Assembly (NCBI GenBank): GCA_965218425.1 | Contig: OZ244621.1 | Coordinates: 2,432,001-2,496,000, forward strand | Origin: an uncultured Candidatus Binatia bacterium | GTDB taxonomy: Bacteria > Desulfobacterota > Binatia > UBA9968 > CAXXLF01 | Length of the DNA stretch: 64,000 nucleotides | Direction: 5' to 3' | Part shown: positions 9,635 through 19,241 of the stretch, one piece after another | How the letters are laid out: every line of letters starts with the position of its first letter | Position numbering within the stretch: the first letter of the stretch is position 1 | Position numbers and translations under genes: made by a program | The notes under the pieces: generated by a model | Told to the model about the DNA's origin: nothing | What the model saw: only the letters and a program-made list of their open reading frames with translations | The model's database searches: none

Positions 9635-10069
9635 ATGGCAAAGCTACGACACATTGCCCTGCATACCCATAATCCAGAGGCAACAGCGGAATTTTACAGG
9701 CGCGTCTTCGACATGGAGGAGGTAGGCCGGACCGACTCTCCGCTAGCTAAGGGAATTTATTTGAGTGACGGCACTATCAACATGGCCGTGCTGCGGTTCA
9801 AGACGGATGAGGCTGCGGATCGACATGATGGTCTCGGTGTGACCTTCGGCTTGCACCATTTTGGCTTTTGGGTTGACGACATGGAGCAAACCCGTGGGCG
9901 ACTTAATGAGGCGGGAGCGGAGTATCGTCAGACGCGGCCCCATGATGCTGTTACGTCTTTTTTCGAAGAAAAGTATAAGGGGCCGGACGGCGTCATGATT
10001 GATATTACGGGGGAAGGCTGGGCAGGAGCGGAGCCTACAGGGTCAGGTAACATGAAAAAGGGAGTATAA
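9635..10069 (+). CDS. VOC/glyoxalase family protein
   Basis: LRHIAL, AEFYRRVF, GLHHFGF, GPDGVMID; AGGAGG RBS. Confidence 0.88.
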   Translation: MAKLRHIALHTHNPEATAEFYRRVFDMEEVGRTDSPLAKGIYLSDGTINMAVLRFKTDEAADRHDGLGVTFGLHHFGFWVDDMEQTRGRLNEAGAEYRQTRPHDAVTSFFEEKYKGPDGVMIDITGEGWAGAEPTGSGNMKKGV

Positions 10070-10109
10070 GCTACTAGAGGCATGGATCCAGCGCAGGAGG
10101 GATGAGCTT

Positions 10110-11210
10110 ATGGAAACCGATGTCGACACTTTCGTTATCGATGCGGACGCCCATGTGGTGGAGTCTTCCCACACTTGGGACTTTATGGACCCGTCGGAGA
10201 GGCAGTATCGCCCCGTACCCCTCGAAACCCGGGAAGAGGCCGGGATGAAGCTTCAGTTCTGGCTAATCGATGGGAGGGTGAGGGGCTTCCGCTTCCCTGC
10301 TTTTTCTGCCGCCGAGTTGGAGAAACGTTCCCGCCAGGTGGGTCGCAGGTTCGCAGACGACCAGGAATCCCGTGAGCTGGGAAACGTGGAGCTGCGATTG
10401 GAGCACATGGACCAGAGCGGGGTCAACGTCCAAGTGCTGCACAACACCATCTTCATCGAATCGGCCACCGAACGCGCTTCGGTGGAGGTGCCGTTATGCA
10501 AGAGCTGGAACCGCTGGATGGCCGACATCTGGCGCCAGGGAAACGGTCGTTTGCGATGGTCCTGTATGGCGCCAACGCTCAGCATGAGCGATGCACTGGA
10601 TCAGATCCGCTTTGCCAAGAAAAACGGAGCATGTGCCGTATTGATGCGTCCCGTTGAGGGGAACCGTTTACTTGTGGACACTTACTTCTACCCGATTTAT
10701 GAAGAGGCCAGCCGTCTCGATATGGCCATCGCTATCCACATCGCCAATGGCAACGCGTGGCTCAACGATCTATATCGTCATCCTGTGGCCAGTGCCGCCA
10801 CATTCCACCGGTTCAGAATACCCACGGTGGCTGCCTTTAGCGACGTGATGCTCAGCGAAATACCCGAAGTCTTTCCACGACTGCGGTGGGGGTTTATTGA
10901 AGCCAGTTCGCAGTGGGTTCCCTGGCTGATACACGAAATGAAGAATCGCTTTAAAACTTTGGGCCGCCAATGGTCCGGCAACCTCGCACGCCAATACAGG
11001 ATGTTCATCACCTGTGAAAACTCAGACGACGTGCCCTATATCGCGCGGCAAGCCGGGGAAGACTGCCTTGTCATTGGTACGGACTATGGCCACATCGACA
11101 CATCGAGCGACGTGGATGCCATCACCGTGTTCAAATCGCGGACGGACTTGACGCCCGAGGTAAAGAGGAAAATCCTAAGCGACAATGCGAGAGCGCTCTA
11201 CGGTTTGTAA
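10110..11210 (+). CDS. Amidohydrolase-2 family protein (LigJ/decarboxylase-like)
   Basis: IDADAH, IAIH, GFIEA...W, GTDYGH, KILSDNARALY. Confidence 0.88.
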   Translation: METDVDTFVIDADAHVVESSHTWDFMDPSERQYRPVPLETREEAGMKLQFWLIDGRVRGFRFPAFSAAELEKRSRQVGRRFADDQESRELGNVELRLEHMDQSGVNVQVLHNTIFIESATERASVEVPLCKSWNRWMADIWRQGNGRLRWSCMAPTLSMSDALDQIRFAKKNGACAVLMRPVEGNRLLVDTYFYPIYEEASRLDMAIAIHIANGNAWLNDLYRHPVASAATFHRFRIPTVAAFSDVMLSEIPEVFPRLRWGFIEASSQWVPWLIHEMKNRFKTLGRQWSGNLARQYRMFITCENSDDVPYIARQAGEDCLVIGTDYGHIDTSSDVDAITVFKSRTDLTPEVKRKILSDNARALYGL

Positions 11211-11211
11211 A

Positions 11212-12060
11212 ATGGCGATGCAAGCTGAATGGATCGAAAAGATCGAGGATATGACCGCTCGTTTCCGGATGGGCGAGGCGGAGGTTGCCCGTGCGTTCTT
11301 CAGTCGCCCGCGCCCTCTCAGCCAGCATGTGAAGTGGTTAAAGCATCAGATCTCGCGGGAGGCGCGAAACCTGCGGGAGACATCAAGCCATTATATCAAG
11401 GACCTGGTTGACCGCACGGATGACACGGTGACCCGTGAACGGCTCATCCAGCGCGCCAAGGAGGACTATCAGGAGTACCGTCACTACGGGATGCTGGCGT
11501 ATGTTTACGAAGGCCTCACTGGCCACAAGCTCGCTTGGAAATCACTGTTGGAAGAAGCGCAGCAGGCTGACTGGTGGCTCCCCAGAAGAGAACGGGAGAT
11601 ACGGCGTCGATTGGCCGAAACCTCTGTGTTGCACAACGCAGCGGGCGCCTTTAACAGCGGAGGAGGAGGTTCTCTGTTCTACGGCTTCATCGGCCTCACG
11701 GGGGGCGATTACGAAGAACTCCTCTCCGAAGTTTCCAAGATTGTCCTCCACGATGAACAGGATCACGGCGCTTCCGAGGGAAGAGACCTTTTGTATCCAC
11801 TGATACAAACCGAAAACGATTTTCACATCGCAGTTGAAGCGATCAAAGAGTTCTCAACGGTCCGGCTCCAGGACCGTAACCAGCAGTTCAGCAATGTCCT
11901 TTCAGAGAATCGTGTGGTGGCCGTCATTCAGGGTGATATTGAACCGGCAACAAGAGCTCTTTTGCTGGATGCATCTCGGGAAATTATGAGCGACGAAGCC
12001 TGGTTCGAGCGCTTCCACCAAACCAGCAAGCCCCTCTCTACCTCCGCTGTGGACGGTTAA
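11212..12060 (+). CDS. Hypothetical protein, possibly ferritin-like di-metal fold
   Basis: ATG 1 nt after the amidohydrolase stop; EDYQEYRH and HDEQDH (two ExxH motifs). Confidence 0.6.
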   Translation: MAMQAEWIEKIEDMTARFRMGEAEVARAFFSRPRPLSQHVKWLKHQISREARNLRETSSHYIKDLVDRTDDTVTRERLIQRAKEDYQEYRHYGMLAYVYEGLTGHKLAWKSLLEEAQQADWWLPRREREIRRRLAETSVLHNAAGAFNSGGGGSLFYGFIGLTGGDYEELLSEVSKIVLHDEQDHGASEGRDLLYPLIQTENDFHIAVEAIKEFSTVRLQDRNQQFSNVLSENRVVAVIQGDIEPATRALLLDASREIMSDEAWFERFHQTSKPLSTSAVDG

Positions 12061-12218
12061 CCGAAATCCATGGGTTGATTGGTTTTGTCCTGGAGCCGTT
12101 GACGAGCCTCTGTGCTATGATATTCAAATCAGTTCAAGAATTGACCCGATATCAAGTGGGGGACCATCGAACCGAGGTGTAACCTACGTTCAAGATTACA
12201 AATCAGGAGAGCATCACC

Positions 12219-12992
12219 GTGGCAGAAACAACCAACGGACACGGGAATGGTGGTGAGGAAGAAACAGTGACCGAATTCACGGACGGGGAACGCATCGTAT
12301 CGCTGCATGCCGGATACGAGACCAACGGTGTCTACTCGGACGGGTTCGTGGCCCGCCCGGCGGATGGGCCGCCACGGCCAGGCGTGGTACTGCTGTCCGG
12401 CATGGGTGGCCTAACTTGGACCCAGCGGGAGATCACACGCTTGTTTGCACGGGCCGGGTTTGTAGCGCTTTCGCCAGACTACATGGGCGGCCAGTTGCCG
12501 GCCAACAGAGTCAAGGGACTCTACGCGAAAAACTCGCTGGATGTAAAAGCGGCGGTGGAACAAATCGCCGGCGGCGCGGCGTTCCTGCGCAGCCTGCCTT
12601 CGGTGGGAGCCGGGGGCAAGGTTGGGATTATGGGGTTTTGCCTCGGCGGCGGTTTGGCCCTGCTGGCCGCTGGCCGTACCGATGCCTTCCAGGCCGGCGT
12701 CATCTACCACCAGAGCCTCTTCCCGGATATGCGTGAGCTGGAGGCGATTACTTGCAAGCTTCAATGTCACTATGGTACGCAGGACCACTCGACCCCACGC
12801 GCCGAGGTGGAGGCTTTTACCCAGGCGCTGAACCGTTTCGGCAAGGCCTACGAGTTACACTGGTATGAAGGAATGGGACATAGCTTTGCCCAGATCACCC
12901 CAGACGCTGAGGTGCCTGGCGCGCAGCGTGCTGCCACCAACCTGTCCTATACGCGGAGTTTCAAGTTCCTCCATGGAGAATTAGGCGGTTGA
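12219..12992 (+). CDS. Dienelactone hydrolase family protein
   Basis: GFCLGG nucleophile elbow, GTQD, GHSF; AGGAG RBS before GTG. Confidence 0.88.
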   Translation: MAETTNGHGNGGEEETVTEFTDGERIVSLHAGYETNGVYSDGFVARPADGPPRPGVVLLSGMGGLTWTQREITRLFARAGFVALSPDYMGGQLPANRVKGLYAKNSLDVKAAVEQIAGGAAFLRSLPSVGAGGKVGIMGFCLGGGLALLAAGRTDAFQAGVIYHQSLFPDMRELEAITCKLQCHYGTQDHSTPRAEVEAFTQALNRFGKAYELHWYEGMGHSFAQITPDAEVPGAQRAATNLSYTRSFKFLHGELGG

Positions 12993-13084
12993 GGAATTGC
13001 CTGAGGTTTTGTGGCAGCCGAGCATGGTGATCACGTAAGCAATAGGTATATGTGACAGAAAATCCCATTAGGGGAGGAATCCAA

Positions 13085-14188
13085 ATGGAGACGAAGGCTA
13101 TCTTGGCGCGACCGGCGGACCACTGCGGTATTTTGGAAATGTCGGAGGCGGTTAGGGCCATGTTGGAGGCATTTCGCAACTGGGCCAAGGATCCGCTCCT
13201 TGGGGAGTTGCGGCGAAGAACCCATACGCCCAAGAATGTCCGTATCACGCTTCATCAAGGAGGTACACCGGAATACGGGATGACGGGTATTATGGTCCAC
13301 GCAGAGTTGGTCCGGATCTTCGGCGATAAACAGCGCTATCCCCGCCGGGGCCGCCCCGTCTTGGTCCTCTATAATTCCGATAACGGAGCTCTGAAATTGA
13401 TTCTTATCGGAGAAATGCACCCCAAGGAATTGCCCTACGCCAATAGCGTTGTGGCGATGCCTACGGCTTGCGCCTCCATGATCGGGACCGATCTCCTCGC
13501 CAGAAAGGACTGCCAGGTGGCAGGGGTCTTCGGTGCGGGAGATCAGGCCAGACAGCATCTTTTGGCCCTAACATGTATCCGTCCTACGCTTAAAAAGGCC
13601 CGGGTCTTTAGCCCAACTCCAGCCAATCGGGAGAAATTTGCCAAGGAGATGTCGGAGATTCTCGGCATCGAAGTGGTACCGGTTGACGGGCCGCGGGGGG
13701 TAGTCCAGGGTTCCGATGTCATTTTGTGCGCGACCAACTCCAATGTGCCTGTGTTTGACGGGAACTGGTTGACTGCCGGTCAACACGTTACCTCCATTGT
13801 CTCAAGCAATGTGGGTCTCCTCAAGCGTGGCTACGTCAAGCAGATGCGCCGGGAAATTGACAACAAAACATTGGATCGTGCCGATGTGCTCATGACGAAC
13901 GTTTGGGGGCAAGAGGAGCTCGACCAGACGGCCGTATTCTGGGACATGTCCTTGGAAATCCCGGTTTTGGCCAACAAGATCGTCGATGCAGGACAGGTTA
14001 TTCGGGGCGATAAACAGGGACGTACCGGTGACGCTCAAATCACTTACTTTAAGAACTGTGCCTTTTGGGGAATGGGTGCGGCTGCCATCGGAGGCCTCAT
14101 CTATGACAGGCTTAAAGAACAACGCAAAGGCATCGTCCTAGATTTTGATCCTTTTGAATATTGCGACGAGACGTGGACGGAAAGTTAA
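13085..14188 (+). CDS. Ornithine cyclodeaminase/mu-crystallin family protein
   Basis: GVFGAGDQA Rossmann motif, DVILCATNS, GQHVTSI, REID, GRT...ITYFKN; GGAGG RBS. Confidence 0.82.
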   Translation: METKAILARPADHCGILEMSEAVRAMLEAFRNWAKDPLLGELRRRTHTPKNVRITLHQGGTPEYGMTGIMVHAELVRIFGDKQRYPRRGRPVLVLYNSDNGALKLILIGEMHPKELPYANSVVAMPTACASMIGTDLLARKDCQVAGVFGAGDQARQHLLALTCIRPTLKKARVFSPTPANREKFAKEMSEILGIEVVPVDGPRGVVQGSDVILCATNSNVPVFDGNWLTAGQHVTSIVSSNVGLLKRGYVKQMRREIDNKTLDRADVLMTNVWGQEELDQTAVFWDMSLEIPVLANKIVDAGQVIRGDKQGRTGDAQITYFKNCAFWGMGAAAIGGLIYDRLKEQRKGIVLDFDPFEYCDETWTES

Positions 14189-14907
14189 TGCAATGGATAG
14201 GTCTTACAATTGCGTTTCCCACAGGGGGTTTTACACGCCCTCCCAGGAGCTTCACAAGAGGACTTCTTTTTTAGCGAATTTTTTCTTGACTGTCTGTAAC
14301 CAGATCTCGTACTAATATCCTTCTTTATTGCTCCTTTGCTCAGTTCAATAAGATCCTGCACCTCTTGAATCTAATTTTATAAGGCAAAGGGGTCAATCAT
14401 GCGGCAGTTAATCCTCTTATCAACCCTAGGGATTGTTTTTGCTGTGGCCACAGGCTGTTGACGATCTAAAAAGCAATCTGGGCTTATTTGCCGAGCATTC
14501 CAGCGGTTAAGAATCAGGTGCCTTTTCCGGTGCCGCCACAGGGTAAGAGATAGAGCATTTGAGTTCCATGGAATATTCCAATCGGCTGCCAGCTACGCAA
14601 GATTTTTGTGAATCGCATCCTGGAGGTTTGATGCCGAGCAAAGCCGAGCTTAAGGCGACTTGAAGCCAGGCGGAGACCTACCTTGGACAATTTCCCCTTT
14701 AAGATTCAATACCAGGAGGCTATTGCCTCCGTCTGAGTTCTAGGGCTACTCGAAAGGCAAGGCGGTCCACTAGCTCCTCGGGAGAGTTTGTTCCTTATCT
14801 GGCTTAGGTTTTTGGTCAAAGGTCTTCTTCAAATTCCCTGAAAAACCGGCTATAATATTGAATAGTGCAAACCATAAAAATCTTCCAAGAAAGGTAGTAG
14901 ATTGTTG

Positions 14908-16407
14908 ATGGCAGACTCCAAGGCAAGTGAGCATTTAGTGATATTGGTCGGGGCCGGGCCGGCTGGGATCTACGCGTCGCGCAAGCTCCTGGAGGCCGGA
15001 CACACGGTACTCTTGCTCAACCGGGACATCAAACCTGGGGGTCTCGCTGAATACGGGATCTTTCTTAACAAGTACAAAATGAAAGATGGCTTACGCAAGC
15101 AGTTTAAGAAAATCTTCGCAAACCCCAAATTGCATTACTTTGGGCATGTCAGTGTTGGTGAGGGCAAGGTGGTCGATCTCAATACGTTGCAAGAGTTGAT
15201 GCCAGGGGCCATCGTAATTGCCGCAGGCGCCCAGGGAACGAAGAAGCTGGGAATTCCGGGCGAGGACTTTATCGGAGTCTACCATGCCAAGGATGTGGTG
15301 TACCATTACAACAGCCTGCCGCCATTCAGCCAACAGAAATTCGAAATCGGAAATAAGGTTGCCATCATCGGCATGGGAAACGTGATGGTTGATATCGCCC
15401 ACTGGCTCCTGCGCTTCATGAATGTGGGTGAGGTGCTCGTGGTGGCGCGCCGCGGCCCGCTGGATAAGGCCTATGATGACAAGGAGTTCGAGTACATACA
15501 GCCATTCCTAGATTTAGAGGATATGCAAAAGGAGTTGGACCGAATCGAGCCAAAACTCACGGCCGTTGGTCAGAACACGAAAGAGTTCTTGAAAAGATTG
15601 ATCGAAGGCAAAGAACAAGCACCATCGAACCAACGCCTCAAGTTCCGCTACCTTTGCTCGCCCCGTCAGGTACTCGCTAACTCGGAAGGCAAGGTGGCCG
15701 CACTGGAGGTGGAGGAGAACGAACTGGTTCTAAAGGATGGACGAACCAGCCCCAAAGGTACGGAAAAATCCCTTCAATTAGAGGTGGACAACGTGATCTA
15801 CGCCATTGGCGATCAGGTAGACCCGGGCATCGGAATCCCCAGCACCGGTGGTTATTTCGTTACCAACCCGGAAGAGTTACCCGGCACCCCAAACCCTGCC
15901 CAATACCAGGCCTATGATCCGGAAAAGAAATCCATTTGTCCGGGAATCTTTTTGATCGGGTGGTCGCGCAACGCAAGCGTTGGATTGGTCGGTGTTGCGA
16001 AGCAGGATGCGGAGCGGGGAGCTAAGGTGATCAATGAATATTTAACTACCAATGGGAGCCCCGAGCATAATGAAATCGTACAAAAGGTTATCCAGCCGCG
16101 AAAAGATGCGGAGAGAGGGGCTAGAATAATCGATGCCTATTTGAGTGCCGGCGCGAGTCTATCATCGGTTGAGGTTTCAAAAAAAGTAGACATGTTTAAG
16201 AAACTTTTGAAAAACCGGGGAGTATCGTACATTTCCAAGAAGGACCTGGAACGAATCGAGGCGGCGGAGAAGGAGGAAGCCAATGAACGCAAGGTCGTGG
16301 AATATCACTTCCCTAGTGACGATGAGATGCTAGCGATTGTAGCTGGTGATGCAGCGGGCGGATCTAAAGCCGTGGGAGTGGCCAACGTCCCAGTAGGGAA
16401 AAACTGA
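14908..16407 (+). CDS. Ferredoxin/adrenodoxin-type NADP+ reductase (FprA-like flavoprotein)
   Basis: VGAGPAG, PGGLAEYG, IPGED, IIGMGNVMVD, ARRGP, GW...GLVG. Confidence 0.85.
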   Translation: MADSKASEHLVILVGAGPAGIYASRKLLEAGHTVLLLNRDIKPGGLAEYGIFLNKYKMKDGLRKQFKKIFANPKLHYFGHVSVGEGKVVDLNTLQELMPGAIVIAAGAQGTKKLGIPGEDFIGVYHAKDVVYHYNSLPPFSQQKFEIGNKVAIIGMGNVMVDIAHWLLRFMNVGEVLVVARRGPLDKAYDDKEFEYIQPFLDLEDMQKELDRIEPKLTAVGQNTKEFLKRLIEGKEQAPSNQRLKFRYLCSPRQVLANSEGKVAALEVEENELVLKDGRTSPKGTEKSLQLEVDNVIYAIGDQVDPGIGIPSTGGYFVTNPEELPGTPNPAQYQAYDPEKKSICPGIFLIGWSRNASVGLVGVAKQDAERGAKVINEYLTTNGSPEHNEIVQKVIQPRKDAERGARIIDAYLSAGASLSSVEVSKKVDMFKKLLKNRGVSYISKKDLERIEAAEKEEANERKVVEYHFPSDDEMLAIVAGDAAGGSKAVGVANVPVGKN

Positions 16408-16411
16408 CTCT

Positions 16412-16639
16412 TCAGCGCTTTTCAAGGATGATGTCCCACACCCCAGCACCTGCTTCTCGGACTTCAAGGATCTGATGGCCGACTCTCCCGGCTCAACGGG
16501 AGATGGTTTCCAGGGCCATAGGTGAATCGAGGGTCACTTTGAGTTGATCTCTTGGGCTTAAATCCTCTGCCGCCTTCATGGTCAAGGTCAGCGGGTCAAG
16601 GCAAATTCCCCCACATACGTCTAGACTTTTAAGCGCCAT
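16412..16639 (-). pseudogene. tusA: TusA/SirA (YeeD/YedF) sulfur-carrier pseudogene
   Basis: MALKSLDVCGGICLDPLTLTMKAAEDLSPRDQLKVTLDSPMALETISR*AGRVGHQILEVREAGAGVWDIILEKR; in-frame TGA at 16495-16493 in a usual Trp position; CPxP decayed to CLDP. Confidence 0.8.
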
Positions 16640-16694
16640 TCCAGGACCCCCACCTTGCAATTCGTCAAATATAAAAAAGGCAATGCTGTCAGGG

Positions 16695-17055
16695 TCAACT
16701 GCGCATAGAAATTAAATATGTCCCGCTCCAGATCCCAAGGATTAAGAAAACAGTTGCCACAAGACCGGTCAAGCTCATTGTGCCGAGACCAGTCAAACTG
16801 TTACCGATATTACAACCCATTGCGATCGCTGCCCCGATACCCATCACGGCCCCGCCAGAGGCCTGAAGCATAATTCTCTTTGGTTGGGGGGATCGCCATC
16901 GAAACTCATTGTTCCATGAGGCGGCGATAAAAGCCCCCGGGGGAATCCCAATCAATTGAAAGGTTCCTTAATCCAGGTAACGCGGGTCTGCGCTGATGAG
17001 ATGGAGCAGTACGGATGCCGAAGGGCCGGTCATGGTGAGCCCGTAGTGTCGGCCA
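16695..17055 (-). pseudogene. yeeE: YeeE/YedE sulfur-compound transporter, C-terminal remnant
   Basis: GRHYGLTMTGPS...YLD*GTFQLIGI...GGAVMGIGAAIAMGCNIG; in-frame TAA at 16970-16968; N-terminal half absent. Confidence 0.8.
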
Positions 17056-17479
17056 GTTAAGGATGAGGCCCACTCTGAGATTGCGATCTAATTCTTCACT
17101 TTCCATTCCCCCGGCTACTCCAATTTCCAATGATCCAAGGCGCAAAGCGCCTTCCAGGCCCCCGGCGCCCTGGATTCTACGGGCGACGAGGGGAATGAGG
17201 GGGAAGAGCGTGGGCACCGAACGTGCAACTTCAGATATTCACCGGCGTATTGCCGCGGCCGGAGGCTCGCTCCCCGATGAGCGTATAGGCTGGGCCCCCT
17301 TGGCGTGATTCAAGGGTCTGCGTGACGGGAGGAAGCGTTAACCGGGACTTGAAGAGTCTCTGGGGTTATGGTTCTTTGGTGTAGGCTCCCTCTCTCATTC
17401 GTTCGGTGAGGTTGACTGAGAGTATCCATGTTACCCAAAAAGGTTTGTATTTCTGCCCCTACGGATCGGCCCTGGGTGG

Positions 17480-17658
17480 AGGCCCAGCTCCGGTCCGTCG
17501 ACCCGTCGCGCTTGATCCTGACTCCCCATAGCCTCGGCAACAGCCCAGCGGCGCGGGATGCCGGGCACCGGATGGCCGTTGACTCTTTACTGACGCTCCT
17601 GGCAGGGGAGCCACCATCGAGTGTACCGAACCCCGAAGCCATAACACGATGGGAGTAG
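17480..17658 (+). pseudogene. C-terminal fragment of a D-2-hydroxyacid dehydrogenase-like gene
   Basis: LILTPHS...LAGEPPSSVPNPE resembles the family C-terminus; no NAD-binding domain upstream. Confidence 0.5.
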
Positions 17659-17695
17659 AGATTCTCGCACCCAATCCCTTGATTTTCGGTGTTTT

Positions 17696-17887
17696 ATGAC
17701 CCTTTTGACCGCCCACAGAATCTTGATTACCGCTGCGGTGGTTTTCTTTTTTGGCTTCAGCCTGTGGGAGCTACAAAACTATACCCAATCGGGAGAGACC
17801 TGGGCCACCATCCGTGCCGGTATTTATCTAGCGGTTTCGGTGGGCTTTTGGCTCTACCTTCGGTCCTTAAAGAAGTGGCTCAAGTAA
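17696..17887 (+). CDS. Small two-TM hypothetical protein
   Basis: 63 aa, two hydrophobic helices, basic C-terminus; 9 nt before the HNH gene. Confidence 0.65.
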   Translation: MTLLTAHRILITAAVVFFFGFSLWELQNYTQSGETWATIRAGIYLAVSVGFWLYLRSLKKWLK

Positions 17888-17896
17888 TCATTCCTC

Positions 17897-18190
17897 ATGA
17901 CGCGAATGGATAACTCCGACTCCTCCCTCACCTCCGCCAGCCACGAGGAAATCCAACGTGAGCGAAAGAAAGCTCGATCATTGCGCTCCACCCAGTGGTG
18001 GAAACGGAAACGGTCCAAGGGAGTCTGCCACCACTGCGGGTCTAAGTTCCCGGCAAGGGAGCTCACCATGGATCATCTGGTTCCCATTGCCCGCGGCGGC
18101 AAGAGCGCTAAAGGAAACGTGGTGCCTAGCTGTAAGAAGTGCAACACCGAAAAAAAAGTCCACCTGCCATTCGATTGGAAATCCACCTGA
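17897..18190 (+). CDS. Small HNH endonuclease
   Basis: CHHC...TMDHLVPIARGG...NVVPSCKKCN. Confidence 0.9.
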   Translation: MTRMDNSDSSLTSASHEEIQRERKKARSLRSTQWWKRKRSKGVCHHCGSKFPARELTMDHLVPIARGGKSAKGNVVPSCKKCNTEKKVHLPFDWKST

Positions 18191-18214
18191 ATTGAACTAA
18201 CCGTCCGCTTTCTC

Positions 18215-18364
18215 ATGGCTTTAAAGATCTGGGTTGCCGTTAAGCCACAGGCCAAGAAGGAAGGGTTGGTCAAATCCCCAGACGGTAGTTTCATCGCCTC
18301 AGTGCGAGCACCCGCCCGGCAGGGGAAGGCCAATGAGGCGTTAATCGGCCTCGTGGCAAACTGA
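18215..18364 (+). pseudogene. DUF167/YggU family gene, apparently truncated (49 aa)
   Basis: IWVAVKPQAKKE...VRAPARQGKANEALI, then TGA before the usual C-terminal third. Confidence 0.7.
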
Positions 18365-18651
18365 TAACCCCTTTTTTTGTTTATTAAACTCGGATTCCAC
18401 GGAGTCTCCGCGAAAGGTTGATATGAAGATTGTAAAGGCTTCTGCAAACAAGCTGCATTGCTTTTCGCACCTCCTCGGCCTGGATAGGGCGAAGGACTTT
18501 CCTATGGTTAATGTCAGAATGGCCACCGATTGTAACGGGAGTATGACCGCAGTGTTAAGAAACGATTAACAAAGGGCGATGTGTGTATGGGCGGGCTTTG
18601 CGCAGCCAATCAAGGTGTTCCTATGCCGGCCGCCAAAAAATGGCTTGCCCC

Positions 18652-19203
18652 CTACATCTGGAGATCGTTGGCGCTAAAGCCGTTCTCAATTTTATGGCTG
18701 GGCTCTTTGCCGCCGGGTCGACTCTTCTCGGAGACATGGTGACGCAGGTGATCAGTCAGTTTTTGCTCCATGGGGGAATACATAATGGCGAGGGTGCGGA
18801 GCACGGTAAGGACTAAAGTCAAAAAGGCAAGGGCCGCCAGGTGCAACGGGGAGCTCTGATGTTGGTAGAGGCCTATCATGACTTCTCTTAGGATAAAGAC
18901 CAGTGTCGCATCCACGATAAAGGTGAGCCTCAGGCGGTGAACCCTGAAGTATTCCACCAGGCTCTTGAAAAGCTCGAGAATGATGAAAAACGTAAGCAGG
19001 TTGGTTACGATGAAGCCAAAGGCTTCTTTGAGATTGTCCCGGGCCAGAATCTCCCAGGACTCAAGGAAGAGCCGGGACAACCCGATGCCCAGAATAAGTA
19101 CTACGAAGATAATCAAGAGTTGAAAGAGTAGGTCCGTGACTCGGTTAAAAAATTTCAGAGTTTGGAAGTTGTTCCAATATTGTCTTAAGGATTTGGAATT
19201 CAT
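18652..19203 (-). CDS. PsiE-like membrane protein
   Basis: Four TM helices; ILELFKSLVEYF and LVFILREVMI. Confidence 0.8.
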   Translation of the reverse strand: MNSKSLRQYWNNFQTLKFFNRVTDLLFQLLIIFVVLILGIGLSRLFLESWEILARDNLKEAFGFIVTNLLTFFIILELFKSLVEYFRVHRLRLTFIVDATLVFILREVMIGLYQHQSSPLHLAALAFLTLVLTVLRTLAIMYSPMEQKLTDHLRHHVSEKSRPGGKEPSHKIENGFSANDLQM

Positions 19204-19241
19204 GGGCCGTGTTCCTGTCCACTTAAGTTGGAAGCCTGCTT

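Noticed and set aside
14399..14610. TGT-TGA (Cys-Sec) read-through lipoprotein
   Set aside because: The read-through sequence looks non-coding, with no recognisable family or clear hairpin.
16493..16495. In-frame TGA in tusA as a second selenocysteine codon
   Set aside because: It falls at a Trp-like position, not the catalytic Cys; CPxP is decayed and the neighbouring yeeE is broken by a TAA.
17897..18190. HNH gene as a homing endonuclease or Cas/IscB nuclease
   Set aside because: A 97-aa stand-alone HNH with no intron, RuvC motifs or RNA scaffold nearby.
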